Positions 9,060 through 19,427 of a DNA stretch of 64,000 nucleotides are shown piece after piece. Under the pieces are notes generated by a model. The model had not been told where the DNA came from and searched no databases. It saw only the letters and a list, made by a program, of their open reading frames with translations. This DNA is from Spirochaetia bacterium. GTDB lineage: Bacteria; Spirochaetota; Spirochaetia; SZUA-6; Bin103. How positions within the stretch are numbered: the first letter of the stretch is position 1; each line of letters begins with the position of its first letter. The stretch spans positions 6,176,001 to 6,240,000 of the forward strand of contig CBDBDQ010000005.1 in assembly GCA_965203905.1 (NCBI GenBank), in the 5' to 3' direction. A program made the translations under genes and the position numbers.

Positions 9060-11366
9060 ATCCAGCCGCTGCCGAATGGTAGCGGCTTCCTCGGCGGCGG
9101 CAGCGGCTCCCGCGGCGTCGCCGGCCTCCGTTCGCACGGTGGCAACGCTGCTGAGCCTGGCGGCGAGCTCACCCATCGTGTGCGGCGTCTCGCCCAACAC
9201 TTCCACCCAGCGCCGGAACAGCGAGAGAGACTCTTCCCACGCGGCCGCAGCCTGCTCGCGATCGGTGTCCCGCATTGCGCCGCCGAGGTCCGCAAGACTC
9301 GTCGCAAGGTCGGCCAGCGCCTCGGGCGTCTCCCCGAAGTCCGCAATCCGGCGGCGAAGCGCGACCGCCTCCTCATACGCCGCCACGCTTGCCGACAGAT
9401 TTCCGGCCTCCCGTTGGCCCATCCCGACACTCGCCAGGCTGACCGACAGGTCACGGAGCGTTGCCGGCGATGGACCCAACCCGTTCAGCAGTCGGCGAGC
9501 AAGAGTTGCGGACTCGTCGTATGCGTCCACGCTCCCTGCCGAGTCGCCGGTCTCGTGCCGGAGCCGCCCCACGCATTTCAGGCTGCTTGAGAGATCGCGC
9601 AGGGCCTGCGCTGTCTCGCCTTGCGAGATCAGGAGACGCCTGTGCAGCTTGAGCGCTTCCTCATGGGAAGCCAGGCTCGCCGCCAAGTCCCCCGCCACCT
9701 GCTGCACGAATCCGGCGTGGTCCAGAGAAACCGCGACCTCACGCAGGCTCTCCGGCGTCTCATCCATCGCCAGTGCTCGCTGGCGCAGGCCGAGAGCTTC
9801 CTGAAATGCCGCCGCGGCGCCCGTTACGTCGTGTCCTTCCAGGTGCGCGTTCCCCAGTCCAGTGAGGCTCGTGGAAAAGCCCCGCAACGTGCCGAGCGTC
9901 TCGCCGGTGGCTCCCATCAATCGACGATTGAGATCCACGGCCTCCTCGAATGCCGCCCGCGCCCGCGCGTGGTCTCCGCCTTCGAGCAGCCCGTTTCCGG
10001 CATTGTTGAGGAGGGCCGCCAACCGACGATCCCCCGCCGGGGACGGCTCCGTCTTTGCGAGCAGGCGACGACAGCAGGTAAGCGCCTCTTCGTGAGCCGC
10101 CCTGCTGCGGGCCAGATCGCCGCTACAGCGAGTCACCCTCCCCAGGCCGTCCAACGAGGCGACGAGGTCCGAAAGCGCCTGCGGAACCTCGCCGACCAGC
10201 TCCATCAGTCTGCGGCACAACGCGACGGCCTCTCCGTAGGCCGCTGCCGCACCCGCCAAGTCGCCGCGCGCGTGTCGCACCTCAGCCACACGCCACAGGC
10301 CTGCTTCCGTATCGCCCAGCGTCTGGGGCGTCTCGCCTTCTGTCTGCAGCAGCCGCCTGCGTATGGCAAGGGACTCCCCATAGGCGGCGTCACTGCCGTC
10401 CAGGTCACCGGTCTCCTGACGCAGGCTCCCGGCCAGCGCGAGGCTGGACGCCAGCTCGCGCTGCAATGGCGGAAGCGCATCGGCGTTGCCAGCCAACGAG
10501 CGCCGGAGCTGAATTGCTTCCCCTACGTGATCCAGTGCCGCGGCGATGTCACCGTCCGCACGCCGTGCCCTGCACAGCCACTCCAGTGCCTCCGCGGAGA
10601 GGCGGACCGACAGCGGTCGCAGCGTGGCTACGGCTTCTCGCGCCAGCTCGGTCGCCTGCCCGGCTTCGCCTTTGGCGAGCAATGCGTCGATTTGCCGAAA
10701 CTGCATCCTTCCCGGCGACGCCGGCTCATCAGCCGTCGCGCGCAGATCACGTGCCAGATCCGCCCCTTCGCCGTTACCGGCGGGCGACGCCACGAGTGGC
10801 GGCGGCAGCTCCATGACCACCGAACGAATCGACCACACGTCGGGCGCGGCAACGCGTGCCCGTGGTTTGATGGCAATGGGTGCGACCATCATCAGGCCAC
10901 CCTGGAGGTGGCGCCCCAAGGCGTCGCGCCGCTCGTTGAGCAGCAACAGGAGCTTGTCCCACGCCGCCGTCCACGGACCCGGCTGGTCTGCCAACCCTGA
11001 GGACCATGAAGACGGCGCATGGGGCAGGGCACGGTGGCCGCCATTTTCGGACCAGTCGGCACGAACCGCTTCGACCCAGACCAGTCCCTGCGCCGCCATC
11101 GCGGGCTCGAACAGCACCTGCAACAGTGAGCCCAACTCGTCCGGGGCAGTCGGCACCAACACCTGGACGGCACGGCTCCTGAACCTCAGGAGATGCTCGA
11201 TCCGTGTGCGAACCGTTGCGGCAACCTGCGGCGATTGGCAGAACAGAAAGCCGAGCCAGAATCCATTTGCCCACTCAATCTGCCGGCGAAGCCGCTGCCA
11301 CTGCGCCATGCCGACACTATCCAGCGCCGCAACTCGATCGTCGTTCTGCGCGGCAGGCGCTAGCAA
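9033..11366 (-). CDS. Tetratricopeptide repeat protein with N-terminal degenerate NTPase-like domain
   Basis: About 11 long (~48 aa) TPR-like repeats (RDLSVSL..G...GD..A...YEE..ALRRR); N-terminal LLNERRD...APDVWSIRS motif. Confidence 0.82.
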   Translation of the reverse strand: MLAPAAQNDDRVAALDSVGMAQWQRLRRQIEWANGFWLGFLFCQSPQVAATVRTRIEHLLRFRSRAVQVLVPTAPDELGSLLQVLFEPAMAAQGLVWVEAVRADWSENGGHRALPHAPSSWSSGLADQPGPWTAAWDKLLLLLNERRDALGRHLQGGLMMVAPIAIKPRARVAAPDVWSIRSVVMELPPPLVASPAGNGEGADLARDLRATADEPASPGRMQFRQIDALLAKGEAGQATELAREAVATLRPLSVRLSAEALEWLCRARRADGDIAAALDHVGEAIQLRRSLAGNADALPPLQRELASSLALAGSLRQETGDLDGSDAAYGESLAIRRRLLQTEGETPQTLGDTEAGLWRVAEVRHARGDLAGAAAAYGEAVALCRRLMELVGEVPQALSDLVASLDGLGRVTRCSGDLARSRAAHEEALTCCRRLLAKTEPSPAGDRRLAALLNNAGNGLLEGGDHARARAAFEEAVDLNRRLMGATGETLGTLRGFSTSLTGLGNAHLEGHDVTGAAAAFQEALGLRQRALAMDETPESLREVAVSLDHAGFVQQVAGDLAASLASHEEALKLHRRLLISQGETAQALRDLSSSLKCVGRLRHETGDSAGSVDAYDESATLARRLLNGLGPSPATLRDLSVSLASVGMGQREAGNLSASVAAYEEAVALRRRIADFGETPEALADLATSLADLGGAMRDTDREQAAAAWEESLSLFRRWVEVLGETPHTMGELAARLSSVATVRTEAGDAAGAAAAAEEAATIRQRLDSIGAGLAE

Positions 11367-12681
11367 GGACTACTCCGTTCTTGAATCAGCCTCACCTGTG
11401 CCTTGACCTGGTCCGCGATCAACGGATGAATATCATACCACTCGTCCCCGTTCCGATAACAAAGGGCAAGATGTGTGTCGAGGAACCGCGCCAGGACCGG
11501 CAAGCGGTCGGCACTTGACAATGAAATCTGATGAGTCGCGAAATCTCGGCCAACCACAAGGCCTCGTCATTGGCAACTGGAAGAAACTCCGTGCGTAGCT
11601 GGTCGATGGCCGCTTCGACCGTAGTGGCCGGCACCGGTAACCGCTGAGCTAGGGTCAACACGCCGCCCACGAGTCGCAGCAAGTCGCGCAAGTGCCCGCC
11701 GCTAGAGCAGATCAAGCGATCGAGCGCAGCCTGATCGGCCAACAGTCTGCGCCAGTCGCCGCGGGCCGCAACCACCCGTTCGATAGTCCGGTAGCTGCGT
11801 TCGATCCTGGTGCCAGCCTGGTCACGCAACTTGAATGCCGGCAACACCTTCACCCCGCCCGGTTCATACAGTGACCCAAGATTACCGTAGCTCACCTTGA
11901 GGTGTGGCGGGACAGTATAGATCACATGCCATCCAGGAAAGTGCAACTTATCGGCGTGGCTGACGAACAGGTGCTCGACCGAGCTTTGGACTTCCTGTGC
12001 ATTCACCGTAGTTCCACGAATATGTTCAATCGAGTCCAACAGCAAGACCAATTCGACGGGGGTGCTCTTGCGCCTCTCGATTGCCTCCGTGCACTTCTCG
12101 AAGTAGTCGTGCACCTCGTTCATCAGAGTGCCCAAGTGCCCGGCCATTCGTTGCTGCACGAGCTTCTTGAAATCGGGATCGGTCTTCAGGCTTGCCTTGA
12201 TCGACGCCGACACGCCGAGCGCGCCGGCCTTCACTTCCGAAATCTCTATCTTACCAGCGAACAGTCGTATCAGCCGGTCTCCCCAGCTCTGCTTCAGGCC
12301 GTCGTCCAAGAACCCCCGCCGACCGAGTTCCTCGTTCAGCGCTCCGCAGACAGCGAGCAGGAAGTCGGTCACGTCGAGCGGTGTCGACAGGTTCAGGTAC
12401 TGCTCCATATCGCACAACAGCACGATATAGTGGGTGGACTCCAGGCGGTGTTTCAGACGCCTGAGTTCTGTGCTCTTGCCAGTGCCGCGGAACCCCGACA
12501 GGAGCTGTACGCTTTCGCCGTGCGTCCACGAGATCGCCCGCGCCAACGCGTCCACCGGATCGAATCTGACCAGTTCAGGATCTTGATACAGTGGCACATA
12601 GCGCGGATCCTCGGGATCAAGAGGTGTTGCGCTCACCTGCCGAAAGAACTCACCGAGGAATGCGTATTCTTCACGTCTCAT
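11360..12681 (-). pseudogene. P-loop AAA+/STAND-like ATPase with a single frameshift near the 3' end
   Basis: Walker A GFRGTGKS, Walker B LLLDSIE, SGGHLRDLLRL. The family-type tail LCYRNGDEWYDIHPLI lies in another frame (ORF 11360-11557); shift at ~11540 (..ATT TCG CGA CTC vs GCG ACT CAT). Could be a sequencing error. Confidence 0.75.
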
Positions 12682-12693
12682 ACGGGGTTCGGT

Positions 12694-13779
12694 TCAAGGA
12701 CGACTCAGAAATTCCACCAGCTTGGTCTTGCGTTTGGCGTGGGCCAGGTCGAGGGCGGTTCGGCCGCCGGCGTCGCGCTTCTCCAGGCTGACACCGCGTT
12801 CCACCAGCAGGCGCACCAGCGGGACGCCGGCACCCGAGTTCACCGCCACGTGAAGGGCGGTCTCGCCGTTCTTGCTCCGCACCTCGTCGGGATCACAGCC
12901 GTGGTCCAGGAACCAGGTGACGCCCTTGAGGCTGCGCATGTTGACCGCGCAGCCCAGCGGGTTGTAGCCGCCGTGGTGCTCGGTGCCGCGGGTGCCGTTC
13001 ATGTCGACGGCGCCGTGGCGCAGCAGCAGGTCCAGGACGCCGAACTGGCCGTCGCAGGCGAGGTGGTTGACGGTATCGTCGTCGCCGAGGCGGCCGCCGC
13101 GCTGCAGCAGCAGTTCCACGATTCCGACGTTGTCGGACCAGCAGGCGTAATCCAACGCGGAGGACGGCTCGGCGCCATGGTCGAGCAGCAGCTCAGCAGT
13201 GGCGACCCGCTCCTCCTCGGTGCCGGCCACGGAACGTGCGCAGTACTGCAGCGGGAGCCACGCCCCGTCGCGTGAGTCGGCGTCGGCCCGCACGGCAGCA
13301 CCATCGGCCCCGGCCAGGACCGCCGCCAGATCCCCGTGTCGCGCCAGCACGGCCGCGGTGTACAGGTCCGGCTCGCGCGGCGCGTGCTCCAGCAGCAGCG
13401 GCAGGAACTCGGTGCAGCCGAACGCCGCCACCGCCACGGCGCTGTGCAGGTTCCAGGTACCACGCAGCATCGGGTCGGCGCCACGTTCCAGCAGTAGCTG
13501 CACGGTGGCGGTATGCCCGGGCGTCTTGGGCATGGTCTTCTTGTGCTCCACGGCGCGATGCAGCGGCCGATAGCGATGCCCCGTCGGTGCCAGCACGTTG
13601 ACGTCCGCTCCCTCGTCGATGAGAAACGCCACCACCTCGGGCTGACCGCCGAAGCAGGCGTTCATCAGCACCGACCAGTGACGCGAGATTTCCGCGTCCT
13701 GCGTGACTGCCACGCGTACGCTGTCGAGATCGCCTGCGTGCGCCGCCGCCGCAGCCCGTTGCGCCAACTTTCTGTCCAT
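12694..13779 (-). CDS. Ankyrin repeat protein
   Basis: [32 protein letters not shown]; start MDRKLAQ with GGGAG RBS. Confidence 0.9.
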   Translation of the reverse strand: MDRKLAQRAAAAAHAGDLDSVRVAVTQDAEISRHWSVLMNACFGGQPEVVAFLIDEGADVNVLAPTGHRYRPLHRAVEHKKTMPKTPGHTATVQLLLERGADPMLRGTWNLHSAVAVAAFGCTEFLPLLLEHAPREPDLYTAAVLARHGDLAAVLAGADGAAVRADADSRDGAWLPLQYCARSVAGTEEERVATAELLLDHGAEPSSALDYACWSDNVGIVELLLQRGGRLGDDDTVNHLACDGQFGVLDLLLRHGAVDMNGTRGTEHHGGYNPLGCAVNMRSLKGVTWFLDHGCDPDEVRSKNGETALHVAVNSGAGVPLVRLLVERGVSLEKRDAGGRTALDLAHAKRKTKLVEFLSRP

Positions 13780-13789
13780 TCGATTCTCC

Positions 13790-13870
13790 CACAACGCGCG
13801 ATCCCGTGCGCCTCGTACCAGTGTAGCTCCACCGTCCGGACGCTGCCACTAGGGACGCATCGTACATTCG
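13790..13870 (-). pseudogene. 3' remnant of small conserved 'ELHWYEAHG' protein
   Basis: [18 protein letters not shown]; paralogous to the remnant at 16045-16260. Confidence 0.5.
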
Positions 13871-13908
13871 TTGCAGGCCGGCCAGCCGCTCGGTCCGTCG
13901 AGTTCAGG

Positions 13909-14073
13909 TTAGTGCAGCCCTGGACGCGGCCGGTGCCGGTGTCGACGTCGATGCGGCGGAAGGCGCGGTCGGAGGCGGTGCCCGGCAGCAGCTTGATGTC
14001 GCCGGCCACCGGCACTGCCAGCCCGGCGCCGCGGTAGAACAGCAGGTCGCGGATCGGGAGGGTCCAGCCGGTG
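13909..14073 (-). repeat. Duplicated 3' end of fhs (copy of 16305-16470)
   Basis: Direct alignment by eye shows 7 substitutions and 1 indel over ~165 nt, including the stop codon. Confidence 0.92.
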
Positions 14074-14225
14074 CACGTCGGCTCCCGCGTCGATCAGGAA
14101 CGCGGCTACCTCGGCCCGGCCGGCGAAGCAGGCGTTCATCAGCACCGACCAGTGGCGGGCCACCTCGGCGTCTTTTTCACGGCGGCTCGCACACCGCCCA
14201 TTTCACCGGCATTCGCGGCCGTTTA
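14074..14225 (-). pseudogene. Fragment of a second copy of the ankyrin gene
   Basis: [47 protein letters not shown] matches residues ~13-60 of the intact ankyrin; frameshifted. Confidence 0.8.
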
Positions 14226-14429
14226 CAGGCTGGCGCATCACGCGGCCTACCAACTGCGTCATGGCCCGTCTTGCGGGGTAACTGTTGGCAACCAGCAATA
14301 ATGGGACAGTGTGAGAGGCGAGAGATCATGGGTCGGCTGGAGGTCTCGAAAGCTCCCTGAGGGCGCTGTTGTGCCGTCTTCATCGTTCGATCGTCTGGGC
14401 TTTCATCTCTTTTCTGCGTCGTGGGCCCT

Positions 14430-15377
14430 TCATTGGCGCAAGCGCCTCAGCGCGCGCAGCGCGCGCAGCGTGATCCATCGGTTCGGTTCTCCGGGAGCAC
14501 CGGCGATCTCCTCGTAGAGGGTGTCCTTGTGCCGCACATCTAGGCGCCAGCGTCCGTCAGGAAGCTGATGGCTTTCAATTGTCTCGATGGCTTCTGCCAG
14601 GCGCGGATCGTCCTTGAAGCCCGCATTCACCGCATATTCAAGGCCCCGCAGGACATCGTAGTGCCACAACGGAGGAAAGGCGAGGCGCCTCCAACTTTCG
14701 TCGATGACACCACCCGTGGAGAGCCGTCGGAGGAGGTACCGCTCTAGCAGATACTCTTCGCCACGCTCGCGGGCTTCCGTGACGGCCGAGTCTTTCCCGA
14801 AGGACTGCTCGTGTGCGAGCAAGCCCTCCAAGACGCAGATAGTCGTATGGAATGAGGAGCGCACGGAGCCGCGGAGCGCCTCACAGTTCCACCCACCATC
14901 CTCGAGCTGCTCGCTGAGCAGAAGATCCGCTAAACGGACGCTCGGTTTCCCAAAGTAGGCGCCGAGCGCCACGACGCGCCCGTTGATGCAGGGCTCTTCC
15001 TCCCCCTCAAAGAACGGAGAGTCTCCGTGCCACGGGCCCCAGGTCACGCTCGAGTGCACTAGCTCGATCGCGTGTCGAGTGCGATCGCTTTCAGGATCCA
15101 CGCCGAGATCACGCAGGTAGAGGAGGGTGTACAGGTTCGTCCACCAGAACGGGTGCGCTTCTCCATCGCCCCACTGCCCGTCTGGGCGCTGCTCCTCGAG
15201 CAGCCGTCGACCCCATCCCTCATGTGCCACGCGGGCACGCTCGGCGGCGACGTTATCGGCGTCGACGTCGGCTATATCTTGGAGGACTTGCCAGCGGATG
15301 GAGGGGTCTGAGTCAAGAAGCCAATCCAGCACCGAGGGGGCGGGGGGCAACGCCGTAGTGATTGTGTCGCGCCCCAT
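14430..15377 (-). CDS. Prenyltransferase/squalene-cyclase-repeat (alpha/alpha barrel) protein
   Basis: WLLDSDPSIRWQV, QRPDGQW, QLEDGGWNC, SSFHTT, WHYDVLRGL, QLPDGRW, NRWITLRALR. Confidence 0.75.
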   Translation of the reverse strand: MGRDTITTALPPAPSVLDWLLDSDPSIRWQVLQDIADVDADNVAAERARVAHEGWGRRLLEEQRPDGQWGDGEAHPFWWTNLYTLLYLRDLGVDPESDRTRHAIELVHSSVTWGPWHGDSPFFEGEEEPCINGRVVALGAYFGKPSVRLADLLLSEQLEDGGWNCEALRGSVRSSFHTTICVLEGLLAHEQSFGKDSAVTEARERGEEYLLERYLLRRLSTGGVIDESWRRLAFPPLWHYDVLRGLEYAVNAGFKDDPRLAEAIETIESHQLPDGRWRLDVRHKDTLYEEIAGAPGEPNRWITLRALRALRRLRQ

Positions 15378-15571
15378 TAGTCGAATCTCTCCGTTGTACG
15401 CAATCCGCTTGGCATGGCCGCGATGTAGGCCTGCATGGGTGCGTCGCCGTCGGCCTTCGCGATCTGGTGGTTGCCGCCCGCTAGGAGCTTGACGCCACCG
15501 CCCGTCCGCTCGGTGGACCTCATGGGGGCCTTCGTCGATTTGTTGGTCGTCTTGCGAGGCATTGCGTTCAC
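15377..15571 (-). pseudogene. Truncated DUF1801-family gene (N-terminus only)
   Basis: VKLLAGGNHQIAKADGDAPMQAYIAAMP is the usual start of this family; the ORF stops right afterwards. Confidence 0.6.
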
Positions 15572-15619
15572 TCCAATCTGCGTATCGGCGGGAGACCTAA
15601 CTTTAATTTCAGAAGCTAG

Positions 15620-15990
15620 TCACACGGCCCTGAACCCCTTGCTCCTTGGAACTGAGTGCTGTGCATCATAGTCTACTGCCTCCCGCAGCAACGCCTCAAC
15701 ATCGGTTTCGTTAGTCCCGTCGCCTTCGCGGATGTCTATCACCCGAAGCTTGTTTCCGCAAAGCCGGAGTCGAAGACATTGTTCGGATCGGAGAGCTTCG
15801 CTCCATGAAGAAAGGAAAGCTTCACCTTATCTTTTGAAGGCGTTGACGTTGGCGTACATCCCCTCGTGCGACCAGACAGGAGGCCCCCTCAACTTCCAAT
15901 CTTCTACAACTTCGGGGTCGACCTCGTGGATGATCCTGCGGACGATTGGGGTGGTTCTGAAACCTGCGAGGCCTTCTCTGACGATCCGAT
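15620..15990 (-). pseudogene. Frameshifted DUF1801/YdhG-like gene
   Basis: RRIIHEVDPEVVEDWK..PVWSHEG / DKVKLSFLHGAKLSDP / GNKLRVIDIREGD..EALLREAV across three frames. Confidence 0.7.
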
Positions 15991-15999
15991 AGCGATGAG

Positions 16000-16035
16000 C
16001 GCAGCGGCAGCCCGCTGCGCCAGCTTCCTGTCCAT
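16000..16035 (-). repeat. First 12 codons of the second ankyrin copy ([12 protein letters not shown])
   Basis: Same peptide as the start at 13779, with its own GGAGG RBS. Confidence 0.75.
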
Positions 16036-16044
16036 TCGTACCTC

Positions 16045-16260
16045 CGCCAGCTCGTACCTTGGTGCCGTGAGCTTCGTGCCAGCGTAATGCCACCGTACGG
16101 ACCCTGCCACCGGGGAGACGAATCAGCGCAGTCCCCTTCGGCACTGGCTGGCGCCCGCGTCATAACTCTCGCTCCCAGAAGGGCAGTACCCGCATGCCAA
16201 GGGCATTCGCGACGGTTCCGCCGCGGCGATCTCACCCCGAATCTCGAACCGTTCCGGCAC
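16045..16260 (-). pseudogene. Degenerate small 'ELHWYEAHG'-family gene
   Basis: VPERFEIRGEI... and KGTALIRLPGGRVRTVALRWHEAHG in shifted frames. Confidence 0.55.
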
Positions 16261-16304
16261 TCAATGGGCAGCGACGGGACCGCGCGCGCCGCGGGCAAGC
16301 TGCG

Positions 16305-18086
16305 TTAGTGCAGCCCCTGGACACGGCCGGTGGCGGTGTCGACATCGATGCGGCGGAAGGCGGGGTCGGAGGCGGTGCCCGGCAGCAGCTTGATGTCGCC
16401 GGCCACCGGCACCGCCAGCCCGGCGCCGCGGTAGAGCAGCAGGTCGCGGATCGGGAGAGTCCAGCCGGTGGGCCTGCCCTTCAGCGCCGGGTCGTGGCTC
16501 AGGCTGAGCTGGGTCTTCACCATGCAGGTGCCCAGATTCGCCAGCTCGGAGTCCTGCTCCACCGCCTCGAGCTTGGCCCGGGCCTGCGGCTGATAGCTCA
16601 CCCCGGCGCCGCCGTAGACCTCGCGGGTGATGCGCTCGATCCGCTCGCGCTGCGGCACCGCTTCGTCGTACAGGAAGCGGAACCGGGACGGCTGCGCGCA
16701 CGCCGCCACCACCGCCTCGGCCAGCTCCCGCGCGCCGGCGCCGCCGTGGCGCCAGTGGCGGCTCACCACGCAGGGCGCTCCGGTGCCCGCCACCGCGTCG
16801 CGGATCACCGCCACCTCCTCCTCGGTGTCGGTGTGGAAGTGGTTGATGCAGACCACCGGCGCCACGCCACTCGTGCGCACCGTATCCAGGTGCGCCAGCA
16901 GGTTCTCCACGCCGCGCTCCACCAGTCCGGTGTCCTGCTCGGTGTAGGCGCGGTCCAGCGGCCGCCCGGGCGCCACCCGCGGACCGCCGCCGTGCATCTT
17001 CAGCGCCCGGATCGTGCACACCACCACCGAGCAGTCGGGTACCAGGCCGCTCATCCGGCACTTCAGGTTCCAGAACTTCTCGAAGCCGATGTCGGCGCCG
17101 AAGCCGCTCTCGGTGACGTGGTAGTCGGCCAGCTTGAGTCCCACCCGGTCGGCGATGATCGAGGACTGGCCGATGGCGATGTTGGCGAACGGCCCGGCGT
17201 GCACCAGCACCGGCTGTCCCTCGATGGTCTGCATCAGGTTGGGGTTGATCGCCTTGGCCATGATCGCGGCCATGGCGCCGTCCACCTCCAGGTCCGCGGT
17301 GGTGATCGGGCTGCCGTTCTTGGCGTAGGCTACCACCATGCGTCCCAGGCGGGCGCGCAGATCCGCCAGGTCGGTGGCCACCGCCAGAATCGCCATCACT
17401 TCCGACGACACCGAGATCTGGAACCCGCTCTGCATCATCAGCCCGTCCATCTTGCCGCCGAGGCCGATGATGATCTCGCGCAGCGCCTGGGCGCTGAAGT
17501 CGATGGCCCAGCCGATGGCGACGTTGCGGGAGTCGATGTTGAGGCGCTGCAGCTTCCTTCGGGCCAGGGTCTTGTCGCCGTAGTTGGCCTCGTGCTGGAG
17601 GCGGCTGGTGAGCGCCACCATCGCCAGGTTGTGGGCGTTGGTGATGGCATCGATGTCGCCGGTGAGGCCGAGGCTGAGGTCGGCGAGCGGGATGCATTGC
17701 GCCAGGCCGCCGCCGGCGGCGGAGCCCTTGATGTTGAAGGTGGGACCGCCCGACGGCTGGCGGATGGCGCCGATCACGCGCTTGCCGATGGCCGCCAGGC
17801 CCTCCACCAGGCCCATGGTGGTGGTGGTCTTGCCCTCGCCAAGCGGCGTCGGCGTGATCGCGGTCACGTTTACGTACTTGCCGTCCGGCCGCTGTGCCAG
17901 CCGTTCCAGGATGCGCGCGTAGTCCAGCTTGCCGACGTGGTGGCCATGGGGCAGCACCTCTTCCGGCTGCAACGCCAGCTCGGCTCCGAGCTGCTGCACC
18001 CGCTTCATGTGCGGCTCCGCGGCAGCGCTGATCTGCCAGTCGGCCATGGTCGTGGGATCGAGTGAAGTGAGATCGGAAATGCTCAT
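16305..18086 (-). CDS. fhs: Formate--tetrahydrofolate ligase
   Basis: [57 protein letters not shown]; real start [11 protein letters not shown]. Confidence 0.97.
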   Translation of the reverse strand: MSISDLTSLDPTTMADWQISAAAEPHMKRVQQLGAELALQPEEVLPHGHHVGKLDYARILERLAQRPDGKYVNVTAITPTPLGEGKTTTTMGLVEGLAAIGKRVIGAIRQPSGGPTFNIKGSAAGGGLAQCIPLADLSLGLTGDIDAITNAHNLAMVALTSRLQHEANYGDKTLARRKLQRLNIDSRNVAIGWAIDFSAQALREIIIGLGGKMDGLMMQSGFQISVSSEVMAILAVATDLADLRARLGRMVVAYAKNGSPITTADLEVDGAMAAIMAKAINPNLMQTIEGQPVLVHAGPFANIAIGQSSIIADRVGLKLADYHVTESGFGADIGFEKFWNLKCRMSGLVPDCSVVVCTIRALKMHGGGPRVAPGRPLDRAYTEQDTGLVERGVENLLAHLDTVRTSGVAPVVCINHFHTDTEEEVAVIRDAVAGTGAPCVVSRHWRHGGAGARELAEAVVAACAQPSRFRFLYDEAVPQRERIERITREVYGGAGVSYQPQARAKLEAVEQDSELANLGTCMVKTQLSLSHDPALKGRPTGWTLPIRDLLLYRGAGLAVPVAGDIKLLPGTASDPAFRRIDVDTATGRVQGLH

Positions 18087-18176
18087 TGCTCGGGCCCACC
18101 ATAGCAGATCGCGGGACCCGGAGCAGGCACCGCACGGGCTTTTGACCGCCGGCTGCGGAGCGGGCACTATCCCTGC

Positions 18177-19334
18177 GTGCAACTTCACTTGGTAGGCGGC
18201 TTTCTGGGCAGCGGCAAGACCACGGCGATCGCCAGCGCCTGCGAGCTGCTGCGCAGCCGCGGCCGGCTGCCGGCGGTGGTGACCAACGACCAGGGCGAGG
18301 TGCTGGTGGACACGCGGCTGCTGGCGGGCGCCGGCATCCCCACCGCGGAGGTGGTCGGGGGCTGTTTCTGCTGCCGCTACCCGGAGCTGGTGGAGCGCAT
18401 CGCGGCCCTGGCGGCGGCGGGCGCCGAGCACCTGTTCGCCGAGGCGGCGGGCTCCTGCGTGGACCTCGTGCGTACCGTGCTCAACCCGTTGCTGCGGCGG
18501 CGCGAGGTGGAGCTGGAGGCGGTGACCCTGTCGGTGCTGGCCGACGCGCGCCTGCTGGCCGACTACCTCGCGGGCCGCCCGCTGCCGTGGTCCCTGCCCG
18601 CCCTGCACTACCTGTTCGAGCGCCAGTTGGCGGAGGCGTCGCTGCTGGTGGCCACCAAGGTCGACCTGCTGGCGGCCACGGCGGGGGAGCGCGAGCAGCT
18701 CGCGGCGACGTTGCGGTCCGGCTTTCCGCGCCAGCGGCTCCTGCTGCAGGACTCGCGCACCGCGGCGGGCGTCGCCGGCTGGCTCGACCGGCTGGAGCTG
18801 GATTCGCGGGTCGCCGCGCGCGGCGACGCCCCCGCGCTGGCGCCCGGTGTGGAGGTCGACTACGAGAGATATGGAGCCGCCGAGGCCGCCCTGGCCTGGA
18901 ACGACCGGGAAGTCGAGTTGAGCGGCGTCGACGGGCGCGCCACGGAAGCGGCCCGGGCGGTGATCGACGGCGTGGCGGCCGCGCTGCAACGGCGCCGCGC
19001 CGCGATCGGGCACCTCAAGTTCCTGATCCGCGACCACTATCGCGACGCCAAGGTGAGCATCACGGGTCCCGACCTGCCGCGGCGCGACGCGCACGGGGCA
19101 ACCTGGCACGACCAGCTCCCGCCACTCACCGGGGACCGGGTGACCTTGATCGTGAACGCCCGCGTCGAAATGGAAGCCGCCGACCTGGAACGGCTCATCG
19201 ACACGGCGGTGGCCGATGCCGCGTCGAGTCTTGGACCTGGCGAGGCAAGCGCGGCGATACAGGTACGCACCCGAAGCCGCTCGGCGTTCCATCCCGCTTA
19301 CCCGGAGCCGGTTCATCTCGTCAGGCAGCGTTAG
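18177..19334 (+). CDS. CobW/COG0523-like G3E GTPase metallochaperone
   Basis: [39 protein letters not shown]. Confidence 0.85.
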   Translation: MQLHLVGGFLGSGKTTAIASACELLRSRGRLPAVVTNDQGEVLVDTRLLAGAGIPTAEVVGGCFCCRYPELVERIAALAAAGAEHLFAEAAGSCVDLVRTVLNPLLRRREVELEAVTLSVLADARLLADYLAGRPLPWSLPALHYLFERQLAEASLLVATKVDLLAATAGEREQLAATLRSGFPRQRLLLQDSRTAAGVAGWLDRLELDSRVAARGDAPALAPGVEVDYERYGAAEAALAWNDREVELSGVDGRATEAARAVIDGVAAALQRRRAAIGHLKFLIRDHYRDAKVSITGPDLPRRDAHGATWHDQLPPLTGDRVTLIVNARVEMEAADLERLIDTAVADAASSLGPGEASAAIQVRTRSRSAFHPAYPEPVHLVRQR

Positions 19335-19427
19335 CTTCTCAGCCTCCCGGCCAAGACGCCACTTGAAACGAAGCAAGATTATAGGGTGCACTTGCTGGAC
19401 ACCGTCTGGCCAACTCAGGAGGATGGC

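Noticed and set aside
13909-16470. Possible DGR template/variable repeat pair in the fhs tail duplication
   Set aside because: Differences are not adenine-specific, include an indel, and no reverse transcriptase is present.
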